Assembly: GCA_963701025.1 (NCBI GenBank) | Contig: OY969557.1 | Coordinates: 1-34,848, forward strand | Direction of reading: 5' to 3' | Source of the DNA: an uncultured bacterium | GTDB taxonomy: Bacteria > Patescibacteriota > Minisyncoccia > Phycocordibacterales > PALSA-1337 | DNA length: 34,848 bases | The notes under the pieces: model-generated | The model's database searches: none | What the model was told of the DNA's origin: nothing | What the model saw: the letters and a program-made list of their open reading frames with translations, nothing else | Shown: in pieces, positions 17,166 to 26,872 of the stretch | Numbering within the stretch: the first letter of the stretch is position 1 | Layout: each line of letters begins with the position of its first letter | Translations under genes and position numbers: made by a program

Positions 17166-17263
17166 TTCGTAAAAATTGCCTTGTTATATAAAATTGACCC
17201 CTGACCCGAGTGCCTCAAGGCCAGTCTCAGAAAGATGCTAGAATACCCTTACGGGGCTTGTAC

Positions 17264-18841
17264 TCACGGGTACTTAACCCGACTAGCCCGCAAATTCGCA
17301 AAAAGCGCGAAATCGCTCGAAAAAGGCGAAAGAGAAATACCAAGTGGAGGGCGGGGCGGAATTCCCCCCTGAAACCCCCCTTCCGCCCCGCCCGCATTTT
17401 TGTTGACCGTTTGGGGAATTGCGGGAACAAATGCGAAGGGTGCGCGGGGCGAAAAAACGAGGGTGCGGTCGCGTATGACAAAGTTCGAACCGACTTTTTG
17501 GAAAAAAGATCGGATTTTAGTAGGATCACCCTCATCTGCCACAAACTTGGCTTGCTTACTCGCTTCCAGGAAATTTTTCACTGGTTCGAACCGATTTGTT
17601 GAAACCTGTGCCAAAGATGCTAATTTGTCGTTCAGAGCATGTTTTTCAGTCACCAGTTTGTTTTTGGCATTTTGATATTCTGGAAGCGTTAGAGCGTTCT
17701 CTAGGTATGCTGTCATGAGTTTGTCGAGCTTCGAATCGACGATGGTAATTTCTGCATTCACTTTATCAGTCTCATTTTTCAGAAGTTTATCATTTTCAGA
17801 TCTATCTTTTTCATTTTCAATTATTAGCCAATCAGCTACCTCGTCAGCCAGGGAGTATTTTTTCAGTTCCGTTTGCATTTGCGAAGTGATGACCTCCTCA
17901 CGAACGTATTTTTGATTGCAAACTCCTTTTCGTTTTGTGCATCGCAAATAATTATGACCTTTTTGTGTTTCTGTGGTTATGAAGCAACCGCATTCACCGC
18001 AATGGAATAGGCCTCTGTAGTCATAAGATTTCAGTTCTGACGTTTTAGGTTTGCTTTTTCTGGTCATAACCTCTTGAACATCGTCAAAAAGCTTTTTCGA
18101 GATAATAGGTTCATGCTTACCTTCATAAAATTCTCCACCATATCGAATAAGTCCATGGTAAAAGGGATTTTTCAAAAGATATTGATAGTTGGAAATAGAA
18201 AGCACGCCATCGCCAGTGCCTTTTAGACCAAGATCATTGATTTTTCTCCTGACCTGGGCGAATGTGAAATTGCCAGTGGCATATGCCTCAAAAGTCTTTT
18301 TCACGAGTATGGATTTTACCGGATCAACGACGATAGTTTTTATCTTTTTATCATTCAAATATCCCAGTGGTGCTTTTTGAGGCCATATTCCATTCTTCAA
18401 TTTCTGTCTGTGTCCGCGTTTGATGTTCTCTGACAAGTTGTCTACATAATATTTACTCTGGCCAAAGGAGATTGAAAGCATAAATTTTCCCTGCGGAGTT
18501 GCATCAAACCAGAACGTCGGGAATTTCAGATCAGTGATCTTGCCAATATCCACAAGGTAAATGACACGACCACCATCAATGGAGTTACGAGCGAGTCTGT
18601 CAGGGTGCCATGCGAGGATGCCGGAGGCCTCACCGGCTTCTATGCGGTCCAACATTTCAGCGAAAATAGGCCTGCCAGGTACTTTGGCGGTTTGTTTCTC
18701 TATAAAAGTATCGACAACATCAATTTTTTCCTTTCTAGCGAGCTCACGCAGTTCTGCCAACTGGTCAGGCAGGCTTCTGATTTGATGATCTTTGTCATCA
18801 GTCGATTTTCTGGCGTAAATAAAATATTTTTTATCACTCAT
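17264..18841 (-). CDS. Large serine recombinase LSR2 with coiled-coil insertion
   Basis: YFIYARKST, HPDRLARN, CGECG...YLRC Zn ribbon, coiled coil; its 3' end spans the predicted crossover. Confidence 0.95.
   Translation of the reverse strand: MSDKKYFIYARKSTDDKDHQIRSLPDQLAELRELARKEKIDVVDTFIEKQTAKVPGRPIFAEMLDRIEAGEASGILAWHPDRLARNSIDGGRVIYLVDIGKITDLKFPTFWFDATPQGKFMLSISFGQSKYYVDNLSENIKRGHRQKLKNGIWPQKAPLGYLNDKKIKTIVVDPVKSILVKKTFEAYATGNFTFAQVRRKINDLGLKGTGDGVLSISNYQYLLKNPFYHGLIRYGGEFYEGKHEPIISKKLFDDVQEVMTRKSKPKTSELKSYDYRGLFHCGECGCFITTETQKGHNYLRCTKRKGVCNQKYVREEVITSQMQTELKKYSLADEVADWLIIENEKDRSENDKLLKNETDKVNAEITIVDSKLDKLMTAYLENALTLPEYQNAKNKLVTEKHALNDKLASLAQVSTNRFEPVKNFLEASKQAKFVADEGDPTKIRSFFQKVGSNFVIRDRTLVFSPRAPFAFVPAIPQTVNKNAGGAEGGFQGGIPPRPPLGISLSPFSSDFALFANLRASRVKYP
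17293..17474 (-). repeat. Arm A (182 bp), inverted copy of 19123-19304
   Basis: Core-proximal ~120 bp identical; about 9 substitutions in the distal ~60 bp (manual alignment). Confidence 0.9.
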
Positions 18842-18907
18842 GAATATATTTTACCAAATTTTTGTAAAGTCAAACAGATGTTCATAACTTTTTTCACTAA
18901 ACTCTAT

Positions 18908-19070
18908 CGAGAAGCGGTCGACTTCCGCTTTTAGCTACAAGTCCCGAGCGGATGTCGGTGCGGCGAAGCACCCAGCGGTCGCTCCAAGCGACGGCTGGGG
19001 TTTTCGTGCGGAGCCGTTCGGACATCCGCGTAAAAATATCGTTAAAGCGGAAGTGGGCCGCTTCGACTCA
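18908..19070 (+). other. Long branched hairpin M2, copy 1
   Basis: Outer 21-bp stem GAAGCGGTCGACTTCCGCTTT/AAAGCGGAAGTGGGCCGCTTC; compensatory changes relative to 29067-29231. Confidence 0.7.
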
Positions 19071-19122
19071 CTTCTTGTAATTTAATTTTTATAAAAAATT
19101 ATATTTCATTTCCTTCCCCTCC

Positions 19123-19360
19123 ACGCGACCGCGCCCTCGTTTTTTTGCCTCGCGCGCCTTTTGCATTTGTCCCCGAAATTCCCAAAACGGTCAACAAAAA
19201 TGCGGGCGGGGCGGAAGGGGGGTTTCAGGGGGGAATTCCGCCCCGCCCTCCACTTGGTATTTCTCTTTCGCCTTTTTCGAGCGATTTCGCGCTTTTTGCG
19301 AATTTGCGGCAGTTTTTACTTGAAGTTCGAACATTTTTTATGGAAAATCCTCATAATTGA
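19123..19360 (+). pseudogene. 3' remnant of an LSR2-like gene in unrecombined form
   Basis: Translates as PRAPFAFVP...LFANLRQFLLEVRTFFMENPHN*; matches the LSR2 tail up to LR; no upstream recombinase body. Confidence 0.6.
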
Positions 19361-19503
19361 AGTGAAAGAAAATGGTGTCGCTCCGCGACGCTGTTTTCTT
19401 GTGGGGTTGCGCCTTCGCTCCGCTCGGCGCGTGGAGAGGGCGTGCGCGGCAGGAGGGGTGTGGGGAGGAATGCCGCGCCGCCCTGCTGATTTTTTCGCGC
19501 GGG
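19123..19503 (+). repeat. Joined A-core-B (attP-like) copy, inverted relative to the element ends
   Basis: A 19123-19304, TGCGG 19305-19309, B 19310-19503. Confidence 0.85.
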
Positions 19504-19572
19504 GTGAAGGGGAGAAAATAAGCGGCCAATGACCTTGAATTTCTGTCAAAAAGTGATAAAGTAGCTTTATAC

Positions 19573-20184
19573 ATGAACGAAATAATCTATATACTCACGA
19601 ATGAAGCCATGCCCGGCTACGTCAAGATCGGAAAGACTACAAATAATCTTGACCAGCGCGTCAGAGAATTGAGCGCTTCTACCAGCGTTCCTTTGCCGTT
19701 TACGGTTTTCTATGCCTGTAAAGTAAAAGACGCGAAGTTCGTCGAACACCAGCTTCATGACGCTTTTGATAACAATCGGGTAAATCCTCGACGAGAATTT
19801 TTTCAGATCGCTCCGGAACGAGTAGTCGCGGCTCTAAAATTGGCGGAAATCGAAAATATCACTCCCAAGAAGGATCTGATCGAATCGGAAGAAGACCGTG
19901 AGGCTCATAAGGAAGCCCTTGAGCGGCGTGGAAGATTCAATTTTGAGCTAGCCAAAATTCCGTTGGGGGCAGAGATTTATTTCAGCCGCGATGAAAACAA
20001 AAAAGCTAAAGTCGTCGATCTGCATTCATCGCAGTCTATCGAATATAACGGAGAGATCACCAGCCTTTCAACCTCCGCCCAAAGAATCCTAGGAGCCGGT
20101 TATGGTGTAGCCGGTACAGATTACTGGATGTACGACGGCGAGACCCTCGATGAGCGCAGGAGAAGGCTTGAGAATGAAGAGTAA
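19573..20184 (+). CDS. T5orf172/GIY-YIG-like nuclease-domain protein
   Basis: IYILTNEAMPGYVKIGKT..QR..L, EHQLH, REFF. Confidence 0.85.
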   Translation: MNEIIYILTNEAMPGYVKIGKTTNNLDQRVRELSASTSVPLPFTVFYACKVKDAKFVEHQLHDAFDNNRVNPRREFFQIAPERVVAALKLAEIENITPKKDLIESEEDREAHKEALERRGRFNFELAKIPLGAEIYFSRDENKKAKVVDLHSSQSIEYNGEITSLSTSAQRILGAGYGVAGTDYWMYDGETLDERRRRLENEE

Positions 20185-20190
20185 AAATAT

Positions 20191-20424
20191 ATGGGTATAT
20201 TCAATACGAAACAATCAATTGAGGAAATGGAGAAGGACATAGATAATTGCGTTCCAGAAATGCAAAAGGTTGGAGCGATGTTTATAAATTTTAAGTTACA
20301 GAAAAAAATTATTGAGGATCAGAATGTATACAATAGTAAACAACTTTTTTGGTCTCGCTTCTTAACAATAGTTACAGCGGTTCTTGCGTTAGCAACGATT
20401 GCTTTGGTTCTAGTTACAAAATAA
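20191..20424 (+). CDS. Small protein with C-terminal transmembrane helix
   Basis: Operonic spacing; hydrophobic C-terminus LTIVTAVLALATIALVLV. Confidence 0.65.
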   Translation: MGIFNTKQSIEEMEKDIDNCVPEMQKVGAMFINFKLQKKIIEDQNVYNSKQLFWSRFLTIVTAVLALATIALVLVTK

Positions 20425-20428
20425 TTTT

Positions 20429-21559
20429 ATGGCAAGTAAATCTTCAAATAAAAATTTACATAAGGCCAGCGAAGCAAAGAAAGATGAGTTTTATACCCAG
20501 CTTGTTGATATTGAAAAAGAACTCAAGCATTACAAGGAACAATTTCGTGGCAAGGTTGTCTATTGCAATTGTGATGATCCATTCGAGAGTAATTTTTTTA
20601 AATATTTTGCCGCAAATTTTAATGCTCTCGGTCTCAAAAAGTTAATAACTACCAGTTTTACAAAGTCACCAATTGCCGGAGGACAATTGCCACTTTTTGA
20701 AGTCAAAGGCTTGAAACCGAAAGGTAAAGAGCCATTTAAGATTGAAATCAATGAAGTCCCAGATTCTAATTCTGATGGCGCCATCGGTCTCTCTGATGTC
20801 GAATGGCTGTTAAGGCACGATGCGAATGTTTCTACGCCACTCAAAACAGATGGTGATTTTCGTAGTGAGGAATGTATTGAACTGCTAGATGGGGCAGATA
20901 TTGTTGTAACTAACCCGCCATTTTCTCTGTTTCGGGAATATCTAGCGCAATTGGTGGAATTTAATAAGAAATTTCTCATTATCGGTAATGTCAATTCAAT
21001 TACCTACAAAGAGTGCTTTAAACTTATCAAAGATAACAAAATGTGGCTTGGAGCAAGTATTCACAGTGGTGATCGTGAGTTTCGAGTGCCGGACGATTAC
21101 CCTCTAAATGCTGCTGGTTCTAGGATTGATAGTGATGGTCATAAATATATCCGCGTCAAAGGAGTACGTTGGTTCACTAACCTAGACTACGAAGAACGTC
21201 ATGAAGATTTGGTGCTCTATAAAAAATATTCTCCAGAAGAATATCCGAAGTATGAAAACCATGATGCCATTAATGTTAACAAAACTTCCGAAATCCCAGT
21301 TAATTATGCTGGTGCAATAGGTGTACCGATTACTTTTCTCGATAAATATAATCCAGAACAGTTTGAGATTATTGGACTAGGTATATCAAATTCAGGAAAA
21401 GAGATTGGGGTTAAGCCGTACAAAGCAGAACATAAAAAATACAGGAAGGAAATTCAAAAAAGAGGTGCTGTTGATGGTGACTTATACATGATTACGAATG
21501 GAATCGTTGATGTTCCTTATGCACGAGTTATTATAAAAAATATGAAAGTATTAAAATAA
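20429..21559 (+). CDS. EcoRI-methylase-family adenine MTase
   Basis: KKDEFYT, VYCNCDDP..SNF, GDFRSEEC, VVTNPPFSLFREY, GVPITFLDKYNPEQFEI. Confidence 0.88.
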   Translation: MASKSSNKNLHKASEAKKDEFYTQLVDIEKELKHYKEQFRGKVVYCNCDDPFESNFFKYFAANFNALGLKKLITTSFTKSPIAGGQLPLFEVKGLKPKGKEPFKIEINEVPDSNSDGAIGLSDVEWLLRHDANVSTPLKTDGDFRSEECIELLDGADIVVTNPPFSLFREYLAQLVEFNKKFLIIGNVNSITYKECFKLIKDNKMWLGASIHSGDREFRVPDDYPLNAAGSRIDSDGHKYIRVKGVRWFTNLDYEERHEDLVLYKKYSPEEYPKYENHDAINVNKTSEIPVNYAGAIGVPITFLDKYNPEQFEIIGLGISNSGKEIGVKPYKAEHKKYRKEIQKRGAVDGDLYMITNGIVDVPYARVIIKNMKVLK

Positions 21560-21560
21560 T

Positions 21561-22667
21561 ATGAAAATTGATTTACATAAAATTTCAATCCGCAAGATAA
21601 TAGTTGGCTATAAAGACAGTGCCGAAGAAGGTGTGACTGCTTATAACGGCAAACTTGATATTCGTCCAAAATATCAGCGTGAGTTTGTGTACAAAGAAAA
21701 ACAACGTGATGCAGTAATAGAAACAATCAAAAACAACTTTCCGCTAAATGTGATGTATTGGATGATTAGGGATGATGGTGGTTATGAAGTGTTGGACGGC
21801 CAACAACGCACCATCAGTATTGGTCAATATGTTAGTGGAGATTTTTCACTGAATGACCGCTTTTTTCATAATCTTACCAAAGAGGAGCAGGATAAAATTT
21901 TAGATTATGAACTAATGATTTATTTCTGCGAGGGTACCGATAAAGAACGGTTAGATTGGTTCAGAATAATTAACATCGCCGGCGAGAAGCTGACCGACCA
22001 AGAGATTCGCAACGCGGTTTATACTGGGCCGTGGCTTTCTGATGCCAAATTGAAATTCAGTAAATCGAATTGTGCGGCATACTTACTGGCGAACGACGAC
22101 GGCCAGTTGGTTAGCGGTTCCCCGATTCGCCAAGAGTACTTAGAAACCGCGCTCTCGTGGATCAACGATGGCAAAATCGAAGATTACATGGCCAAGCATC
22201 AACACGACAAAAATGCCGACAAATTGTGGCAATATTTTCAGGATGTCATTGTCTGGGTAAGGACGACATTCACGAATTACCGTAGAGAAATGAGTAGTGT
22301 ACAGTGGGGCGAGCTGTATAACCAATTCAAGGATAAAAAACTGAATGCCACAAAGCTTGAAGCCGAGGTCAAAAAGCTGATGCAAGATGAAGATGTCACC
22401 AAAAAGTCCGGCATATACCCATATATTTTGACGAGAGACGAGAAGCATCTCTCGATTCGTGCTTTCACAGACAAGATGAAGCGTGAGGCATATGAAAGAC
22501 AAGACGGGATCTGTCCGTTTTGTAAAGCTGAGAACAGGAAAAAGAAATGGGAAATTGAGGAAATGGAGGCCGATCACATTACACCTTGGCACGAAGGAGG
22601 AAAGACGATAGCAGAGAACTGTCAGATGCTCTGTAAGCAGGACAACCGGACTAAATCTGGGAAATAA
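21561..22667 (+). CDS. DUF262 (GmrS-like) + C-terminal HNH endonuclease
   Basis: KYQRE and LDGQQRT DUF262 motifs; CPFC...EADHITPW..GG.T...NCQMLC...N HNH. Confidence 0.88.
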   Translation: MKIDLHKISIRKIIVGYKDSAEEGVTAYNGKLDIRPKYQREFVYKEKQRDAVIETIKNNFPLNVMYWMIRDDGGYEVLDGQQRTISIGQYVSGDFSLNDRFFHNLTKEEQDKILDYELMIYFCEGTDKERLDWFRIINIAGEKLTDQEIRNAVYTGPWLSDAKLKFSKSNCAAYLLANDDGQLVSGSPIRQEYLETALSWINDGKIEDYMAKHQHDKNADKLWQYFQDVIVWVRTTFTNYRREMSSVQWGELYNQFKDKKLNATKLEAEVKKLMQDEDVTKKSGIYPYILTRDEKHLSIRAFTDKMKREAYERQDGICPFCKAENRKKKWEIEEMEADHITPWHEGGKTIAENCQMLCKQDNRTKSGK

Positions 22668-22669
22668 AG

Positions 22670-24037
22670 ATGATCAGCATGAATACCGAGAATTCAAAAT
22701 GGAAGAAAAAGAACTTAGCGATAGGAGATCTTTCATTGTGGGATGAAAATGCCCGTTTTTCTGATCAATACTTCGGTCTTTTAGAAGAAGATTTGCTGAA
22801 CTATTTTCTGACTGGAAAATTTCATGTTCTGAAGTTAGCAAGTGAGATGGAAAAAGACTCTGACCTTCCTCAATTAGAAAAAATTGTGGTTTGGAATGCC
22901 AACGATCGCAATGTGGTGCTCGAAGGTAATAGAAGAATCGCTGCATATAAACTGTTGGCAAATCCTAAACTGGCTGGTGCTCAGGGGGATAAATTCGCTC
23001 AGATAGGATCAAAAATCGGTATCTCGGAGGATTTTGAAGTTGAATGTCTTGTGACCGAAGACCTAGAACAGGGCTATCGGTTTATCGAGAGAAAACATCT
23101 GAATCAAAATAACGAAGTATCCTGGGGGTCTAATGAAATTGCCCATCATAAAGAGCGACGTGGCAAAGCTGGCGAGAAGGAATTGATAAGGGTTGGTATC
23201 ACGAAGGTTGTCAGTGGCCTTGGAATAGCTAAGGAGCTAAAAGAAGCGGTGCTTGGTCCGGGTTACGTGACTACTTTCTGGAGATTAACTGGCCAGACTC
23301 CTGCTCAGGAATTTTTCGGTTATTCTTTTGATAATGATAAAAAACTAAAGGTAAAAGATAGTAATTTCGGTAAGAAGCTTGAGGTCATTGTCTGGGATGT
23401 ACTCAAGAGCGGCCAACACAATGGAAAATTATTCTCTCGCTTGAACAACAAAGAGATACATGATTATTTGAAAAATATTTCTGATAAGGATTATGATAGG
23501 GCGGCAAATGAGATAAAGGTAGCGGAGAGTAAAAAGCAGGACGGCCTTTTTGGTCAATCGGGCATAACTACGGAATACAACTTTAGAAGGAAAACGCCAG
23601 TTACAAAAACGGGGAATGATCTTTTCGGCAGAACTCTTGTTCTACAGACAGGAAAGGTCAATGACATGTACCGAGCTCTTGTAGATATCGATAAGAAATC
23701 CCAAAACAATGACGCGGTATTGCCGTTCCTAGGCATGGCACTCCGTCTTTTAGTAGAAGTCGCCGCGCGCGTGTATTATGAGAACCAGAAAGATGGTAAG
23801 AATGCTAAGAAGGATCAGGTTTGTGAGATGTTTCTCAAAGAAGCCAAGAAAGAACTTAAACAACACCAGAAAAATGATATTTCGCTCACTAATGAATGGC
23901 TTTCTGATCAGAGAAATCTAGGAGCGATTCTAGATAAATATGCTCACGGAAGCATTATCTGTAAGCGTGCTGATGTATTGAAAGACTCTTTTATCGTAGC
24001 TGATATTTTGGATTTCTATTTCGGAAAGAAGTCATAA
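22670..24037 (+). CDS. ParB/Srx-like N-terminal domain + helical C-terminal domain (HEPN-like, motif degenerate)
   Basis: LWDENARF, VVLEGNRRIAA; C-terminal LRLLVE...LDKYAHG; directly upstream of a Dam-type MTase. Confidence 0.65.
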   Translation: MISMNTENSKWKKKNLAIGDLSLWDENARFSDQYFGLLEEDLLNYFLTGKFHVLKLASEMEKDSDLPQLEKIVVWNANDRNVVLEGNRRIAAYKLLANPKLAGAQGDKFAQIGSKIGISEDFEVECLVTEDLEQGYRFIERKHLNQNNEVSWGSNEIAHHKERRGKAGEKELIRVGITKVVSGLGIAKELKEAVLGPGYVTTFWRLTGQTPAQEFFGYSFDNDKKLKVKDSNFGKKLEVIVWDVLKSGQHNGKLFSRLNNKEIHDYLKNISDKDYDRAANEIKVAESKKQDGLFGQSGITTEYNFRRKTPVTKTGNDLFGRTLVLQTGKVNDMYRALVDIDKKSQNNDAVLPFLGMALRLLVEVAARVYYENQKDGKNAKKDQVCEMFLKEAKKELKQHQKNDISLTNEWLSDQRNLGAILDKYAHGSIICKRADVLKDSFIVADILDFYFGKKS

Positions 24038-24042
24038 ATTTT

Positions 24043-24897
24043 ATGCAAAAAATACCACAAACAAGAAATCAAAAATTTCACTATAGCCCATTACGATATC
24101 CTGGCGGAAAGACTTTCTTGTTTCCTTTTTTTGATGATGTTATAAAGACTAACGGGTTGAAAAAAGTCACTTATGTCGAACCATTTGCTGGTGGTGCAGG
24201 TGCTGCTCTTGCTCTGCTATTATCTGGAAAAGTCGACCGTATTGTGATCAATGACTTGGATAACGCCATTTTTGCTTTCTGGAAATCTGTAGTCTTTGAT
24301 TCAGTCAAGTTTATTAAAAAAATCAGATCTACCCCCGTTACGATCAGGGAATGGAGGAGGCAAAAAGCGATTTATAATGATCCGAAAGCCGGTCTATTTA
24401 ATCTTGGCTTCGCGACTTTTTTCCTCAACAGAACCAATACTTCTGGTATTCTGAACGGTGGACCCATTGGCGGATTGAAACAGCAGGGGAAGTATAAGAT
24501 TGACGCAAGATTCAATAAAGAAGCGTTAATCGAGCGAATACAAAAGATTGCTTTTTATAAAGATAAGATATCGGTCTTTAACAAAGATGGTGTTAATCTT
24601 ATTGGTGAGTATTTGAATAAAAAGAATGCTTTCATATATCTTGATCCGCCTTATTTTGAAAAGGGTGCTAGTCTTTATCTGAACCATTATAAAAAAGAGG
24701 ATCATGAAGCTCTTGCACGGAAGCTCAACGGTAACCCAGATGCTTTTTGGCTTCTGACTTACGATAATAAGAAAGAAATTAAAGCGCTTTACCCAGAGCG
24801 AAAAATCATTAACTTTTCTCTGAATTACAATGCTTACATATCTCGAAAAGGCAGAGAGCTGATGATTCTTTCTGACATCTTTGCAAAACAGATATGA
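24043..24897 (+). CDS. Dam-family (D12 class) N6-adenine MTase
   Basis: SPLRYPGGK, YVEPFAGG, FFLNR, YLDPPY. Confidence 0.92.
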   Translation: MQKIPQTRNQKFHYSPLRYPGGKTFLFPFFDDVIKTNGLKKVTYVEPFAGGAGAALALLLSGKVDRIVINDLDNAIFAFWKSVVFDSVKFIKKIRSTPVTIREWRRQKAIYNDPKAGLFNLGFATFFLNRTNTSGILNGGPIGGLKQQGKYKIDARFNKEALIERIQKIAFYKDKISVFNKDGVNLIGEYLNKKNAFIYLDPPYFEKGASLYLNHYKKEDHEALARKLNGNPDAFWLLTYDNKKEIKALYPERKIINFSLNYNAYISRKGRELMILSDIFAKQI

Positions 24898-25193
24898 AAC
24901 CAGAATCCAAACAGGAAATCTTGAAGCGACGGAAAGAGCTCGAGCAAGAACTCGTGGAGATGCTAAAGGAGACCGAAAGCGATTTTGAGCTTGCCGATGT
25001 GCTCGAAGCCATATACGAAGAAGAGGAGAACGACGATATGACGAAGATCATAGCCATGTTCGACAACGGCGACATGAGCCAATTGAGCAATGTCCTCGAA
25101 CTGGTTACCGATGCTTGGAACTATTTCCCCCATAAAGCTCTCGGCAGGATATCCCCGGCGGAGATGATGGTGGAGTATAATCATAAGCAATGA
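24894..25193 (+). CDS. Small acidic hypothetical protein
   Basis: ATGA overlaps on both sides; AWNYFPHKALGRISP resembles Xre/MbcA-type C-termini (weak). Confidence 0.65.
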   Translation: MKPESKQEILKRRKELEQELVEMLKETESDFELADVLEAIYEEEENDDMTKIIAMFDNGDMSQLSNVLELVTDAWNYFPHKALGRISPAEMMVEYNHKQ

Positions 25194-25834
25194 GCACCAA
25201 CATCGATTATTGGGAAAAAGTCCTTGAGAATCCGACGCCTGCGTTCAAGGCTCTTTTTGACGCTGAATTGATTTACATTCGGTCGCGCGTTCCCGGGAAT
25301 TCCAGAGTTCTTGAGATCGGTTGTGGCAACGGCAGGAATATCAAATCTATAGCTGAAGTGACCAAGGACATCATCGGAATCGACAACGATTCGAAAGCCG
25401 TGGAAGACGCAAAGAATAATCTGGCCGGATTTTCAGGCGTAAAGATAATGCTGGCCGACGCTCTCGATCTGCCATTTGCGGATAAATCTTTTGACGTCCT
25501 GATATTCCTAGATACTCTGGTCAACATGAAAGAAAACAAAGTTCAAACATTGAAGGAGATGAGCAGGGTGTTGACGGACGCCGGCAAAATAATCATCAGT
25601 GTGTATTCCGAGGATGCTTTCGACGCACGCATGGACATTTACAGGATAGTGAATGCTCCCATAAACAAGACCGAAGGTACGAAAGTCACGTTCGATGAGA
25701 GCCTGGCGGCGAATGTATCGGAGCAGTTTAGCAAAGAAGACATAGAGGGCTTGGCCGATCAGTCTGGATTGAATCTTGTCGATTGTAAAAAAGTGCCAGG
25801 AATCGCGTATATTTGTACGCTTGTTAAAAAATAA
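25190..25834 (+). CDS. Class I SAM-dependent methyltransferase
   Basis: VLEIGCGNG, GID, ADALDLPFADKSFDV, RVL...G. Confidence 0.88.
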   Translation: MSTNIDYWEKVLENPTPAFKALFDAELIYIRSRVPGNSRVLEIGCGNGRNIKSIAEVTKDIIGIDNDSKAVEDAKNNLAGFSGVKIMLADALDLPFADKSFDVLIFLDTLVNMKENKVQTLKEMSRVLTDAGKIIISVYSEDAFDARMDIYRIVNAPINKTEGTKVTFDESLAANVSEQFSKEDIEGLADQSGLNLVDCKKVPGIAYICTLVKK

Positions 25835-25836
25835 AA

Positions 25837-25874
25837 CCCGCCTACGGTTAGAACGTAGTGCGGGTCGTGACATT
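25837..25874. repeat. Hairpin direct repeat CCCGCYTACG..GAACGTA..GCGGGNCGTGACATT; probable terminator at this copy
   Basis: Second copy at 27540-27576; this copy has a T-tract on the minus strand. Confidence 0.7.
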
Positions 25875-25903
25875 GATGATCTAAGTTTCGAGCACGCTGG
25901 TGG

Positions 25904-26068
25904 TTATATATACCCCTCCAAACTTCGCCGCAACCGAGCAGTTGCTCGGTCGTTGGCTTTTGTGTCGGGGGTAATGTCCGTGATATGGCGAGCTACGCCC
26001 TTACGGAGCGCTTTAAAATGTGCTCCCACAAAGTCCGTATTTGAGGCATGTAATCTGCGATTTTTCAT
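25904..26068 (-). CDS. Possible small basic protein (54 aa)
   Basis: ATG 26068 after an A-rich leader; fits the gene/leader periodicity of this block. Confidence 0.35.
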   Translation of the reverse strand: MKNRRLHASNTDFVGAHFKALRKGVARHITDITPDTKANDRATARLRRSLEGYI

Positions 26069-26187
26069 TCTTACGAGATAGGGTTTCTTTTTTCTTTCCG
26101 TAAGCTGCACTATTGCCGTGCCCTCGAGCGTAACTGAACAAAGTCTCATGACAACCCCATGGAGACTTGTTGAAGGTAATTTTGTTT

Positions 26188-26829
26188 TCACAGATTTCCT
26201 TTCATTTCTTTCGGTTGATGGTTGATTCGCCGCATGACTAATCCTAAGAGCGGCACCGACGAGTGAAGCAGAACGCAGTTTACCTGATATACAAGGTCAC
26301 ACCACTGGTTGTTCCATCGCAGAAAAACTACAATGGTCGCCAGGACGTAACTTGTTACCCACAGTAACCACGGTCTTGGTTGTTCACATTCCCACGGTCG
26401 CGGATTTTCCGCGGTCGGTCTTTTCGTCAATGCTCGCCACATTGGAATGAATCCTGCGAAGATGGCGAACTGGACGATCAGATTGGCGTATTTGGCGGAG
26501 CCGTAGTGTTTCCACACGACCGACGCGATGACGCCGATCAGCAGAGCGACGAAGTCCCACTTGTCCGGCCACTTGAATTTCTTCAGATAGACGGCGAGGA
26601 AGAACGTCGCGATGCACAAGCCGATGTTGAGGAGCGGAATGACGCTTTTCCAAACGTCCCCGCTCATCTTTAGATAGCTCGTGGTTGAGATTGCCGAGAC
26701 GACAGACCAAATGAGCCAAGTGGCACCATTCGGTTTCGTCGCGCCCTTGATGACCTGACGATTGTAGTCGAGGTAGGCAAGGGTATAGGCGACGCCGGAG
26801 GCAATCGCCAGTATATGGCTGATTTGCAC
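26188..26829 (-). CDS. Multi-pass membrane protein
   Basis: GTG start after GAAAGG; about 6-7 hydrophobic segments; two PQ-loop-like halves (weak). Confidence 0.75.
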   Translation of the reverse strand: MQISHILAIASGVAYTLAYLDYNRQVIKGATKPNGATWLIWSVVSAISTTSYLKMSGDVWKSVIPLLNIGLCIATFFLAVYLKKFKWPDKWDFVALLIGVIASVVWKHYGSAKYANLIVQFAIFAGFIPMWRALTKRPTAENPRPWECEQPRPWLLWVTSYVLATIVVFLRWNNQWCDLVYQVNCVLLHSSVPLLGLVMRRINHQPKEMKGNL

Positions 26830-26872
26830 AAGGTGCCTTTCGTTATAGGTTTATGTTGTTGTCAGAGAGCGA

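Noticed and set aside
19161-19574. ORFs at 19161-19574, 17210-17675 and 29228-29510 as genes
   Set aside because: They are readings of the GC-rich A/B repeat arms and occur in mirrored copies.
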